49,257 nt of DNA, from contig CAZBIN010000002.1 in NCBI GenBank assembly GCA_964491995.1, forward strand, positions 1 through 49,257, written 5' to 3'. The notes under the pieces were generated by a model. The model did not search any database. It was not told where the DNA came from and saw only the letters and a program-made list of their open reading frames with translations. The translations under genes and the position numbers were made by a program. Source of the DNA: an uncultured Orrella sp. Its GTDB lineage: Bacteria; Pseudomonadota; Gammaproteobacteria; Burkholderiales; Burkholderiaceae_B. Positions 1 to 9,383 of the stretch are shown one piece after another; the stretch's first letter is position 1, and each line of letters begins with the position of its first letter.

Positions 1-238
1 GGGTCGATACATGACAGACACCTTCTAGTCAGAAGTTTCCGTGTTGTTGTAACACGGTGAACCACCCTTGCCACCGTCGCACAACATCGCTCAGAATGAG
101 GCCATGCTCATGACAAACATGGGCGGTCGCTGGCACACCCGGAGGGCATGAACAGATGCAGGTAGACTTGATGCCATGCTTCAAGCCCGAAATCACCTGA
201 GACCCCCTCAATCAAACCACTATCTGATACTGAACGAT

Positions 239-541
239 ATGACGGACGAACGCCAGATCCTGATTCCACAGGACTTTCTGCAACTCTACACCCCCCCAGG
301 AGCATCACGCCCGAGTGCGTCACGATCCTGGCTGGAGGATCGGCACGAGCTCTGCGAAGACTTTTCGCAGATGCTCGCTGAACAGGTTCATCAAAAGGTT
401 CTGGAGCTCAACATCACACAGACCGATGCGCTCGAACGCGTCGCACGTGGCCTTGATGCCGACCCTGCCCCTCTGGCGCTGTCGGGTCCGGAAGTCAGCT
501 GGGTCAAATCACGCCTGGCAGAACTTTTGCGGCTGGGCTGA
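239..541 (+). CDS. Conserved hypothetical protein (small Burkholderiales family, often annotated 'ATPase with chaperone activity')
   Basis: ORF 176..541; likely start at ATG 239 (MTDERQILIPQDF…RHELCEDFSQML…WVKSRLAELL); no P-loop present. Confidence 0.65.
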   Translation: MTDERQILIPQDFLQLYTPPGASRPSASRSWLEDRHELCEDFSQMLAEQVHQKVLELNITQTDALERVARGLDADPAPLALSGPEVSWVKSRLAELLRLG

Positions 542-701
542 TGGCGGCACACAAAATCCCGTGAGCGCCACACATAGACCCGGCTCAAGGCGAAGCTGCA
601 CATAACTGTCACCACGTTTCAGACCGGTCACCCCCGCCCCGGGCAAATCGATTCAGGCTTAAACTCCAGAAAATTCCAGCGCTTGATCAGGAGCTCACGC
701 A

Positions 702-1763
702 ATGCAAGACCGAGGATGGATCAAGGACACACTGACCAAAATCGACGGCGATTATCGTCGTTCAGCCGACACACACCTGATCCCGTTGACGCTGCCTGCT
801 TCGATTGCCTCGCCGGACATCGACATCTACTTCAAAGATGAATCGACCCACCCGAGCGGCAGCCTCAAGCATCGGCTCGCTCGCTCGCTTTTTCTGTATG
901 CGATCTGCAACGGATGGATCCGGCAAGGCACAACCGTGGTCGAGGCTTCCTCGGGATCGACCGCCATTAGCGAAGCCTATTTTGCGAGGCTGATCGGCCT
1001 GCCTTTCTATGCCGTCGTGCCACGTTCCACGGCAAAGCACAAGATCGAGCTGATCCGCTTCTATGGCGGCGATGTGCACTTCGTTGACCATGGCAGTCAG
1101 ATTTACGAACAGTCACGCAAGCTGGCGCGCCAGACGCACGGCCATTTCATGGACCAGTTCACTTACGCAGAGCGGGCCACAGACTGGCGCGGCAACAACA
1201 ATATCGCAGAGTCGGTCTTTCTTCAGATGGAAAAAGAGCGCTTTGCGCAACCGGCATGGATTGTTGTGGGCGCGGGTACCGGAGGCACTTGCGCGACCTT
1301 TGGGCGTTACGTCCGGTACCAGCGACTGGCCTCGCAAGTGGCCGTGGTTGACCCTGAAAACTCTGTGTTTGCGGAATATGTCGAAACGGGTGACTCGTCG
1401 CTGACTTGTGAACGTGGCAGCAGAATCGAGGGTATTGGCCGCCCCCGGGTTGAGCCGTCCTTTATCAGAGAGGTGATCGATCAAGCCATCCGGGTCGCTG
1501 ATCTCGACTCCATCGCCGCGATGCGTCTGATGAGCCAGTGGATCGGACGCCGGGTGGGTCCTTCGACTGGCACCAACCTGATCGGCGTCTTGCGGCTCAT
1601 GGAACAGATGCGCCAGAGAAATCAGACCGGCAGTATCGTCTCCCTGATCTGCGACGGTGGCGATCGTTACGAACACCTATATGATGACAACTGGGTCACC
1701 CAGCACTTTGGGGATGGCTTGAATGACCGTATCGGTCGTTTGCAAAAGGGGATATTTTCTTGA
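702..1763 (+). CDS. PLP-dependent cysteine synthase-family enzyme (Cds1-like L-cysteine desulfhydrase)
   Basis: KDESTHPSGSLKHRLA PLP-lysine motif, EASSGST, GAGTGGT, IEGIGRP; RBS AGGAG upstream. Confidence 0.88.
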   Translation: MQDRGWIKDTLTKIDGDYRRSADTHLIPLTLPASIASPDIDIYFKDESTHPSGSLKHRLARSLFLYAICNGWIRQGTTVVEASSGSTAISEAYFARLIGLPFYAVVPRSTAKHKIELIRFYGGDVHFVDHGSQIYEQSRKLARQTHGHFMDQFTYAERATDWRGNNNIAESVFLQMEKERFAQPAWIVVGAGTGGTCATFGRYVRYQRLASQVAVVDPENSVFAEYVETGDSSLTCERGSRIEGIGRPRVEPSFIREVIDQAIRVADLDSIAAMRLMSQWIGRRVGPSTGTNLIGVLRLMEQMRQRNQTGSIVSLICDGGDRYEHLYDDNWVTQHFGDGLNDRIGRLQKGIFS

Positions 1764-2869
1764 AGTCAAAATCACTGACAAAATTTCTGGCAGCGATGGT
1801 TACCAGCGCCAGCATGATCGCCGCGCCTGTCGCATCTGCCTGCACCAGCTTTCTGTTACCGACGTCTGACGGCGGCTACGTATATGGCCGCACGCTCGAG
1901 TTTGGTCTGGATATCGAGTCCAAGGGTATCGCCTTCGGCCGTGGCATCGCGATGAAAGGCACCGGTATCGACGGCAAGTCCGGTACGGGCTTGCCATGGA
2001 CGACCAAGTACGCAGCCATTGGCGCCTCAGGTGTTGGTCTGCCTATCCTGGTCGACGGCTTCAACGAAAAGGGTCTGGCGGGCGGTATGCTCTACGCCCC
2101 CAACATCTCCGAATACCAGGATGTCACCCCTGCTGACTCGGCTCGTTCAATTGCATCCTACGAAATGCTGGTCTACGCACTGACCAACTTTGCAACCGTC
2201 GACGAGGTTCGCGAGGGCTTCAGAAAAATCAAAGTCAACCGTTCCCCGCAAAAACTGTTCAAAGGGGTTGTTCCCCTGCACCTGACACTGCACGATGCCA
2301 GCGGTAAAAGCATTGTGATCGAATACATCGGCGGCGAACTTCAGATTCACGACAACCCCACCAGCGTTCTCACCAACGCGCCTCAGTTCCCCTGGCACCT
2401 GTCCAACCTGGGCAACTACGCGGGACTGTCGCCCAGCAACCCTGCTCCGCTCAAGGCGGGTGACGCAAGCTTTGGTCCTCCTAGCTCTGGTGGTGGCATG
2501 ACAGGATTGCCTGGCGACATGTCCTCGCCGTCGCGATTTGTACGGGCTTTCTTCATGACACAGAATGCACCGGCCAGACAGAACACCAGACAGCAGGTCG
2601 CCAACGCTTTTCACATTCTGAACAACTTTGACATTTCTCCAGGAATGGTCAGCCTGAACACAGGCTTTGGAGGGTCATCCGGGGGTTATGAAATCACCTA
2701 TTGGGCCGCTGTCTCTGATCTTAAAAACCAGATTTTCTATATTCGCACCTTCGGGGATCCGAGCATTCAGGCCATCCGCATGCAAGACATCGACCTTGAC
2801 GCGCCGGAAATACGATATTTTGAGCTCAACAATCCGTGGGACATCAAAGTCCTCAGCCAGAAAAAATAG
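1760..2869 (+). CDS. Choloylglycine hydrolase / penicillin V acylase family Ntn hydrolase, exported
   Basis: Signal peptide ending ASA followed by nucleophile C-T-S; GRTLEF, DGFNEKGL, LTNAP, LPGDMSSPSRFVRA; TTG start overlaps the upstream stop. Confidence 0.9.
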   Translation: MKSKSLTKFLAAMVTSASMIAAPVASACTSFLLPTSDGGYVYGRTLEFGLDIESKGIAFGRGIAMKGTGIDGKSGTGLPWTTKYAAIGASGVGLPILVDGFNEKGLAGGMLYAPNISEYQDVTPADSARSIASYEMLVYALTNFATVDEVREGFRKIKVNRSPQKLFKGVVPLHLTLHDASGKSIVIEYIGGELQIHDNPTSVLTNAPQFPWHLSNLGNYAGLSPSNPAPLKAGDASFGPPSSGGGMTGLPGDMSSPSRFVRAFFMTQNAPARQNTRQQVANAFHILNNFDISPGMVSLNTGFGGSSGGYEITYWAAVSDLKNQIFYIRTFGDPSIQAIRMQDIDLDAPEIRYFELNNPWDIKVLSQKK

Positions 2870-2886
2870 GTGCTTGAAAGGGTCCG

Positions 2887-2917
2887 CACAACCCGAAGCC
2901 TGGAGTGACGGGTTGTG
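2887..2917. terminator. Hairpin between convergent genes, possible bidirectional terminator
   Basis: CACAACCCG…CGGGTTGTG 9-bp inverted repeat; no clear U-tract. Confidence 0.4.
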
Positions 2918-2919
2918 GC

Positions 2920-4308
2920 TCAGAGCACCTTGCCCGGGTTGAGAATGTCGTGCGGGTCCAGTGCCTGCTTGATCTTGCGCATCAAGTCAATCTCGGCCTG
3001 AGTTCTGGAGTGACCCAGCCACGCTTTCTTGCGTGTGCCAATGCCATGCTCGGCTGAAACAGAGCCCTGACACTCTCCCACAAGTCCATAGACCACTTCT
3101 TCGATCAACGCTTTGGGAAATGCGCCATGGTCCTTGGGAACGTGTACAACGACGTGCAGGTTACTGTCACCAATGTGGCCAAAGTAAAGTGACACTGCAC
3201 CCGGTACGCGCTGCTCGAGCCGGGATCTGAGAGTGTGGACAAAACTCCCAATCTCACGGATCGGCAAACTCACATCAAAACTCGTATAGGGTGCAAGCCG
3301 GACCGGAAACTCGGAGACTGAATCACGGATTTTCCAGAAATCCCGCGACTGTTTCAAAGAGCTGGCAATTGCCGCATCGGCGATCTCGCCCTGCTCGAGC
3401 GCAGCCCCCACAAACGCCTCGAATGTTTCTTGCGTCATGCCCGATGGGCCGCTGTCACACTCGAGCAGAACCACCAACTGGTTATTGCAAGCCACCGGCG
3501 TTTCAATCCCGGGGATTTCCCGGGTCATGAACTCATAAAAATCTGGCCACATGGCCTCAAATGCCAGCAACGATGCGCCGCATTGCCGACGTGCACGACC
3601 CAGAAGGTGCAACACCGATTCGTAGTCCGGCGCAACACACAGCGCACAGATGGTGTCCTCTGGCGCCGGATAGAGTCGCAGCACCGCCCGGGTGATGATC
3701 CCCAGGGTCCCTTCTGCACCGATAAACAGCTGCTTGGTGTCGTATCCCGCATTGTTCTTGAGCATCTTGTTCAGGCTGGTCACCACCGTGCCATCGGCCA
3801 TAACCACCTCAAGCCCGAGGATCTGCTCGCGCATCATGCCGTAGCGAATCACCCGGTTACCACCCGCATTGGTTGAGATATTGCCACCAATCTGACAAGA
3901 ACCTCTTGCCCCGAGGTCCACCGCAAAATACATGCCCTGTGCCAGCGCGGCCTCCTGCACAACCTGTAACGGGGTCGCAGCCCATACCGTCATCGTGGCC
4001 GCATCGGGATCAATCTCCTCGATGCCGGTCAGTCGCTCCAGACTGAGCACCACATCACCGGTGTTGGTTTGTGCGCCCCCGACCAGTCCTGTCATGCCAC
4101 CCTGAACAGTGACTGGGTGACGGTGTGCGTGACACAATCGCATCACGGTCGAGACCGCCTCCGTATTATCGGGTCGTACAACGACCAATGGCTCGCGATG
4201 ATGCTGACGCGACCAGTCGGTCTTGTAGCGCTCATCAATCGCCGAGCCTTGGAGAACCCTGTCCGGTCCAAGTGCCTGTATCAGAGCTTTGACCAGTGTT
4301 TCAGACAT
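2920..4308 (-). CDS. FAD-binding oxidoreductase (D-2-hydroxyacid / D-2-hydroxyglutarate dehydrogenase, GlcD-like)
   Basis: QGGMTGLVGG, GGNISTNAGG, LKNNAGYD, GAEGTLGIIT, FGHIGDSNLH, SAEHGIG, LDPHDILNPGK. Confidence 0.92.
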   Translation of the reverse strand: MSETLVKALIQALGPDRVLQGSAIDERYKTDWSRQHHREPLVVVRPDNTEAVSTVMRLCHAHRHPVTVQGGMTGLVGGAQTNTGDVVLSLERLTGIEEIDPDAATMTVWAATPLQVVQEAALAQGMYFAVDLGARGSCQIGGNISTNAGGNRVIRYGMMREQILGLEVVMADGTVVTSLNKMLKNNAGYDTKQLFIGAEGTLGIITRAVLRLYPAPEDTICALCVAPDYESVLHLLGRARRQCGASLLAFEAMWPDFYEFMTREIPGIETPVACNNQLVVLLECDSGPSGMTQETFEAFVGAALEQGEIADAAIASSLKQSRDFWKIRDSVSEFPVRLAPYTSFDVSLPIREIGSFVHTLRSRLEQRVPGAVSLYFGHIGDSNLHVVVHVPKDHGAFPKALIEEVVYGLVGECQGSVSAEHGIGTRKKAWLGHSRTQAEIDLMRKIKQALDPHDILNPGKVL

Positions 4309-5443
4309 AGCAGGGTCCCTCGATAAGTGGGTGCTTGTTCACAAAATCCACATCAACTTCAATACCGAATCCAACACCTCGCGGGGCGGTGACACAGCCA
4401 TTCGCGTCAAGCGAATACGGGGCTGCGGAGCCCAGATGATCCCTGAAAGGATTGAGCGCTGTGACATCACCCTCAAAGTAGCCGGAATTGTCCACTGCAC
4501 ACAACAGATGAAGACTGGCCGTCATGTTCAACGCCGTCAGCGAGGTGTGCGGATTGACCGAAATCTTGCGCGCACTGGCCATGGCGGCAATCCGCATGGT
4601 TTCCGTAATGCCACCGGTCTTCGAAAGATCGGGCTGTACGTAGCCCACACAGCGATCCTCCAGCAGTGTGTCAAATTCAAAACGGGTGAAATGATTTTCT
4701 CCGGCGGCAAGCGGTACAGCACTTACACTGGCCAGGGTTGTGTAAGCATGTCTGTCGTGAGCCGGGAAGGGCTCCTCAAGCCAGGCCACACCGCACTCTT
4801 CAAATGCCCTCACTACCCGTCTGGCCTGCTCAAGCGTGTAGTTGGTATTGGCATCAACCAGAATCTCGATGTCCTCACCGATCGCCTGGCGAACCGCTTG
4901 CACTCGCGCGATATCACGAGCTGGCGTGTCACCGACTCGCAACTTCAGTGCCCGGTATCCTGTTGCAATGTGAGACAACGCCTCTTGCGCCAGAGACTGC
5001 GGCTCCTGCCAGCCCAGGGCAATACCGCCAGCGTAAGCTTTGATAGGTCTAGGCATGCCACCCAGCATCTCGCACAAGGCCAGACCACTGACCTTGCAAC
5101 GGATATCCCACAGCGCCATGTCCAGACCGCTTAACGCCATCGCTGCCGCGGCCCCCATGCCGTGACTTGCCAGCTGCATGCGATAAACCTTGTTCCAGAC
5201 ACCGACCACATCGGTTGCATCAAGCCCCGCAACCAGTTCCGAGAGTGTCGTATCAATCAGGCGTGCAATCGCCCCTGGACAACGCCCATGGTGTGCCTCC
5301 CCCCATCCGATGACACCGTCATCGGTGGTCACCTGAATCAGTACGGCGTCACGCTTGACGCTGCGACCAATCCCCAAGGTCACCGATTTGTCTGGTGGCA
5401 CCGGGAAAGAAACTGGAAATGCCTTGATCCGGGCTATCTTCAA
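4301..5443 (-). CDS. Mandelate racemase / muconate lactonizing enzyme family (enolase superfamily)
   Basis: GWGE, LDMALWD, KLR, VDAN, WLEEP, AAGEN, QPDLSKTGGIT; TTG start with GGAG upstream. Confidence 0.92.
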   Translation of the reverse strand: MKIARIKAFPVSFPVPPDKSVTLGIGRSVKRDAVLIQVTTDDGVIGWGEAHHGRCPGAIARLIDTTLSELVAGLDATDVVGVWNKVYRMQLASHGMGAAAAMALSGLDMALWDIRCKVSGLALCEMLGGMPRPIKAYAGGIALGWQEPQSLAQEALSHIATGYRALKLRVGDTPARDIARVQAVRQAIGEDIEILVDANTNYTLEQARRVVRAFEECGVAWLEEPFPAHDRHAYTTLASVSAVPLAAGENHFTRFEFDTLLEDRCVGYVQPDLSKTGGITETMRIAAMASARKISVNPHTSLTALNMTASLHLLCAVDNSGYFEGDVTALNPFRDHLGSAAPYSLDANGCVTAPRGVGFGIEVDVDFVNKHPLIEGPCYV

Positions 5444-5512
5444 AACCGTCTCCGAAACTGCCTCATGAGTCAGCGGCTTTCTCAGACCACTGACCCGCTA
5501 GCTTTACCGTTT

Positions 5513-6481
5513 CTAAACACGAACCTTGCCTGAAACCTCAGGATTGACCACGTTATCGGGGAGCTTGCCTTCAAGCAGCGCGAGCAGCGTCTGCACGGAC
5601 CCACGACTCAAATTCTCCAGGCTGGTGGCCGTCAAACCAGCAACGTGAGGGGTCAGTAACGTATTGGGACAACCAAATATCGGTTCGGCACCTGACAAAA
5701 CCGCTGGCTCGTGCACATCGAGCACCGCAGCACCGACCTGGCCACTGTGCAGTGCGGGCACCAGTGCAGCGGTGTCTATCACCGGGCCCCGAGCCACATT
5801 GACAATCGCCGCACCGTGTTTCATGTGCGCAATCGCAGAGGAATCGATCAAGTGGTGTGTCTGTTCATTGTGTGGACATGCCAGCACAACGATGTCAGAT
5901 TGCTGGAGAAGCGTCGCCTTGTCGACAGCCTGCACAAAAGCGGGCAGTGATTCCGGTCGACGGGTCAAGCCAAGCACTTTGACGCCAAGGGCATCAAGCG
6001 CCGTGGCCAGACGAGTGCCAATGGACCCCACACCAATCACCCCGCAAGTACTGCCCGCGAGCTCGATGGCTTGATTTGACATGGGCTTGGCGGCATTCCA
6101 CCCCTGCCCACGCAAGGTGTGGTCGATCAGACTCAGACCACGCCGAATATGGAATATGGCAGCCAGCGCGTACTCGGTCACGGCAACGGTGTTGCCCCCG
6201 GGCATGTTGGCCACCACAATGCCGCGCGCGCTGGCCTGATGCATGGGAATCATGTCCAGCCCGACGCCGTGACGCACGACATATTTCATGCGGGGTGCGT
6301 GATCAAAAATATCTTCCGGCAGATGGGCCCTCACAATCATCGCATCACAGTCCCCGATCTCTCTCACAAGCGTCTGGGGCGAAGGGTCTGTTGCAAGCAC
6401 AACATCAACGTGCTTTGCGAGCTCGGCCTGATATGTGGGGTGAATCGGATTGGTCAACAAAACGCGCGCGCGCATGGGCAT
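5513..6481 (-). CDS. D-isomer-specific 2-hydroxyacid dehydrogenase (SerA-like)
   Basis: RHGVGLD, GVIGVGSIG Rossmann motif, VNVARG, LDVHEP, TPHVAG. Confidence 0.92.
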   Translation of the reverse strand: MPMRARVLLTNPIHPTYQAELAKHVDVVLATDPSPQTLVREIGDCDAMIVRAHLPEDIFDHAPRMKYVVRHGVGLDMIPMHQASARGIVVANMPGGNTVAVTEYALAAIFHIRRGLSLIDHTLRGQGWNAAKPMSNQAIELAGSTCGVIGVGSIGTRLATALDALGVKVLGLTRRPESLPAFVQAVDKATLLQQSDIVVLACPHNEQTHHLIDSSAIAHMKHGAAIVNVARGPVIDTAALVPALHSGQVGAAVLDVHEPAVLSGAEPIFGCPNTLLTPHVAGLTATSLENLSRGSVQTLLALLEGKLPDNVVNPEVSGKVRV

Positions 6482-7281
6482 TACCCTCCCGATCGGGTCA
6501 GCGCATCAAAGGCCGCGCTGACCATACCTTGCACGTAGGGCTTGACCTTGTCTGCGACTGATTTGCGGTACTCGAACGGATAGTCTTCGTTCATGTAGGT
6601 GCTCTGACACATCTCGAGTTGAATGGCGTGAACACCCCTGGATGGATCACCATACTGGCGAGTGATATAGCCACCCTTGAAGCGACCATTGGCGACCCAG
6701 GTAAATGGACAGTCAGCCAGTGATGCTTCAACGGCTTGAAGCAGCTTTCCATCACAAGCTTTACCATCAGACGTTCCAATGTTCAGATCCGGCAACTTTC
6801 CAGGGAACAATCGCGGCAGTTCGCTGGCAATCGAATGCCCCTCCCAGAGCAGAACATGACCGTGCTGTTGCACGATATCGGCCAGCGCCTGTTGAAGGCG
6901 CTGATGATAGGGCTTCCAGTACTGCTCGAGACGCTCGGCTTTCTCCGGCTCGGTGACCCCTTGACCTTCCAGATAGAGAGGTTCTCCGCGAAATGTGTAC
7001 TCGGGATAAAGCCCGGTCTTGGTCTGACCTGGATAGAGGTTGTCATCTGTCGGCGGGCGATTCAGATCCACCACATATCGCGAATAACGAGCGTGCAACA
7101 GTGAGGCACCCATTTGTCGGGCAAAGTCATACAGGATATCCAGATGCCAGTCAGTGTCGGGCACCTGATGCGCGATCGGCGTCATACGCGACTTGATATG
7201 GGGTGGAATTTCTTGCCCCATATGGGGAATCGAAATCAGCAAAGGGCTGGTGCCTTGAGTGAAGATATAGGGCGTCGTCAT
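6481..7281 (-). CDS. hutG: N-formylglutamate deformylase
   Basis: PLLISIPH, DTDWHL, SRYVVDLNR, YWKPYH, HSI, LPDLNIGT, NGRFKGGYITRQYG, HAIQLEM. Confidence 0.92.
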   Translation of the reverse strand: MTTPYIFTQGTSPLLISIPHMGQEIPPHIKSRMTPIAHQVPDTDWHLDILYDFARQMGASLLHARYSRYVVDLNRPPTDDNLYPGQTKTGLYPEYTFRGEPLYLEGQGVTEPEKAERLEQYWKPYHQRLQQALADIVQQHGHVLLWEGHSIASELPRLFPGKLPDLNIGTSDGKACDGKLLQAVEASLADCPFTWVANGRFKGGYITRQYGDPSRGVHAIQLEMCQSTYMNEDYPFEYRKSVADKVKPYVQGMVSAAFDALTRSGG

Positions 7282-7406
7282 GGATTAAGTGGTTGTTTGA
7301 TAATGATGTAAGCGGGTGTGGCCAGCCAACAGGCCGGACCACCTCTACCAGAGGAACTCGGTCGCAAGATTTTGCCAGATGTCGCGCAAAGCCAATCCAC
7401 CCAGTC

Positions 7407-8264
7407 TCAGCTGCCAGTTGCAATCGGTGCATTGGATCGAGAACACCATTCGCTCCAGGATCCAACGTACAGCGGTGCCGAGCCAAGACCGGCAACTTCC
7501 AGCGCCAGCAGATTATGGCAAGCGGAAACGCCGGAACCACACTGCATGATCAGATCGCCTGCACGGCGCGAGCCAAACGCAGCAGCAAACTCGCTAGCCA
7601 GTGAGCCGGCATCCTTGAACGTGCCATCATCCTTGAGATTCAGTCGGTAGAAACGATTGACTGCACCTGGAATGTGACCACCCACGGGATCAAGCGTTTC
7701 GTTCTCGCCTCTGAAACGGTCTGCCGCTCTGGCATCGACCACCAGCTTTTTTGCACTCTGAACGTTTTCCAGAACATCTTCAAACGACACCGAGGGCATG
7801 CTCGGACCCCTGTCACTAAATGCACCGGCTGCGCGAGACTGCGGCAGGGCTTGTGTGACATCCCCGCCCGCTGCCTGCCAAGCCTGAATGCCTCCGTCCA
7901 GAACAGCCACTGCCGGATGACCAAGCCAGCGCAAAGTCCACCACAGGCGGGATGCATGCGTACCCTGACTGCTGTCGTAAGCCACGATCTGCGTGTCGTT
8001 ATCTGCACCCAGACTTCGCATCAACTCGACTACCTTGGCACGCTCCGGCAAAGGATGACGGCCATTCTGACCGTTCTTGACCCCGCTCATCGCATCATCC
8101 ATCGACACAAAAGCCGCCCCTGGCAGGTGACCCTGAGCGTAAGCCCGCTGGCCCGCCTGAGCATCAAAAAGATCGTGACTGCAGTCCAGCAACAGAACCT
8201 TGTTCGTCGCAGACGACAGCAGGTCCTTGAGTTGTGCAACGGAAATCAAAGTTGAATAAGTCAT
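7407..8264 (-). CDS. sseA: Sulfurtransferase (3-mercaptopyruvate sulfurtransferase / tandem rhodanese)
   Basis: GHLPGA, GRHPLP, RLWW, DAR…RFRG, GHIPGA, active-site CGSGVSA, YVGSWSEW; likely start ATG 8264. Confidence 0.9.
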   Translation of the reverse strand: MTYSTLISVAQLKDLLSSATNKVLLLDCSHDLFDAQAGQRAYAQGHLPGAAFVSMDDAMSGVKNGQNGRHPLPERAKVVELMRSLGADNDTQIVAYDSSQGTHASRLWWTLRWLGHPAVAVLDGGIQAWQAAGGDVTQALPQSRAAGAFSDRGPSMPSVSFEDVLENVQSAKKLVVDARAADRFRGENETLDPVGGHIPGAVNRFYRLNLKDDGTFKDAGSLASEFAAAFGSRRAGDLIMQCGSGVSACHNLLALEVAGLGSAPLYVGSWSEWCSRSNAPIATGS

Positions 8265-8414
8265 GGTTTCGCCATTTCTCTTGAGTGTTCGAACATGCTC
8301 AAAAGAGTACTGCATTGACCCTTCTCTGCCTACCGGAAAATCATGCACCACGCTGAACCCTGTGAGCCGTCAGGATTTTTTCGTGAGAATCACCAGAGCC
8401 GATCCGGATCCCCG

Positions 8415-9383
8415 TCAGGCTGCAACCCCGCCTGAACCTTCACTGAACAACCGGCCCACCCCCCTGGTGGAGATAACGCCTGACTCATTTCGCAACAGAA
8501 ACAAGGCGCTGATGCCCTCTCGTGCGACGATGGTGGCGCCCGCCTCGGGACCGGCAACCATCAGGGCGGTGGCCCACGCATCGGCCTGCACACAAGTCGG
8601 CGCGATCACGGTGACCGAGGCCAGTGTGCTCTGCACTGGCGCACCTCGTCGAGGATCCATCGTGTGCGACAAACGTTGCCCGCCAACGTTCACCCAGTGC
8701 CTGTAGTCGCCGGAAGTGGCCACTGCCGCATCATGCAGCGACAAAACTGAATGCGGCGCGCGACAATCTGGATCTGGCACCTCGACCGCAATCGTCCAGG
8801 GCTCATTATCCGGACGCAGACCCGACGCGCGCATCTCACCATCGATGCCAACCAGCGCCGCCGTAATGCCATGTGCGCGCAGCGTCTGAGCCAGCCGGTC
8901 CACCCCATACCCTTTTGCAATACCGTTGAGATCCAGCGTGATCGCCACCCGCTTGCGCACGAGATTGCCTGTCACTTCCAGCGCCTCGTATGCCGGACAA
9001 CGTTGCGCAGCCAGGGCTGTGCGAATGCGCTCGACATCCGCCGGTTGCGGACCAAAGCCCCAGGCCTGCACGGCATCGCCCATACCGATATCAAAAGCCC
9101 CTGAGGATGCGCGGCCAATGGCCAGACCTTCAGTCAACACTCGGGCCAGATCCGGCGCCACCACAACGGTCTCACCTGCGGGGACCTGATTCAGGCGCAT
9201 CAGGTCGCTGTCAGGGTTCCAGGTGGACATTTGCGCATCCACCTCATCAACGGCCTTCTGTAGCGCGGCCTGGACCAGATCAGGGTCAAACCCGGGCCGG
9301 GTAAAGAACAGCGCCGTCCAGCGCGTACCCATGGTGGGGCCACTCAGTGCATGACGGCTCAGCTCAGTAGATGTCTTCGACAT
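8415..9383 (-). CDS. apbE: FAD:protein FMN transferase (ApbE family)
   Basis: TMGT, MSTW…SDL, GAFD, LDLNGIAKGYGVD, ATSGDY, HTMDP, ADAWATAL. Confidence 0.93.
   Translation of the reverse strand: MSKTSTELSRHALSGPTMGTRWTALFFTRPGFDPDLVQAALQKAVDEVDAQMSTWNPDSDLMRLNQVPAGETVVVAPDLARVLTEGLAIGRASSGAFDIGMGDAVQAWGFGPQPADVERIRTALAAQRCPAYEALEVTGNLVRKRVAITLDLNGIAKGYGVDRLAQTLRAHGITAALVGIDGEMRASGLRPDNEPWTIAVEVPDPDCRAPHSVLSLHDAAVATSGDYRHWVNVGGQRLSHTMDPRRGAPVQSTLASVTVIAPTCVQADAWATALMVAGPEAGATIVAREGISALFLLRNESGVISTRGVGRLFSEGSGGVAA

Noticed and set aside
1-12. Possible start (ATG TAT CGA CCC) of a minus-strand gene leaving the window
   Set aside because: Only four codons visible; cannot be supported.
4289-5134. 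281-aa plus-strand ORF
   Set aside because: Antisense to the enolase-family gene; no motifs.
7295-7315. GATAATGAT half Fur-box upstream of hutG
   Set aside because: Second half does not match the 19-bp consensus.
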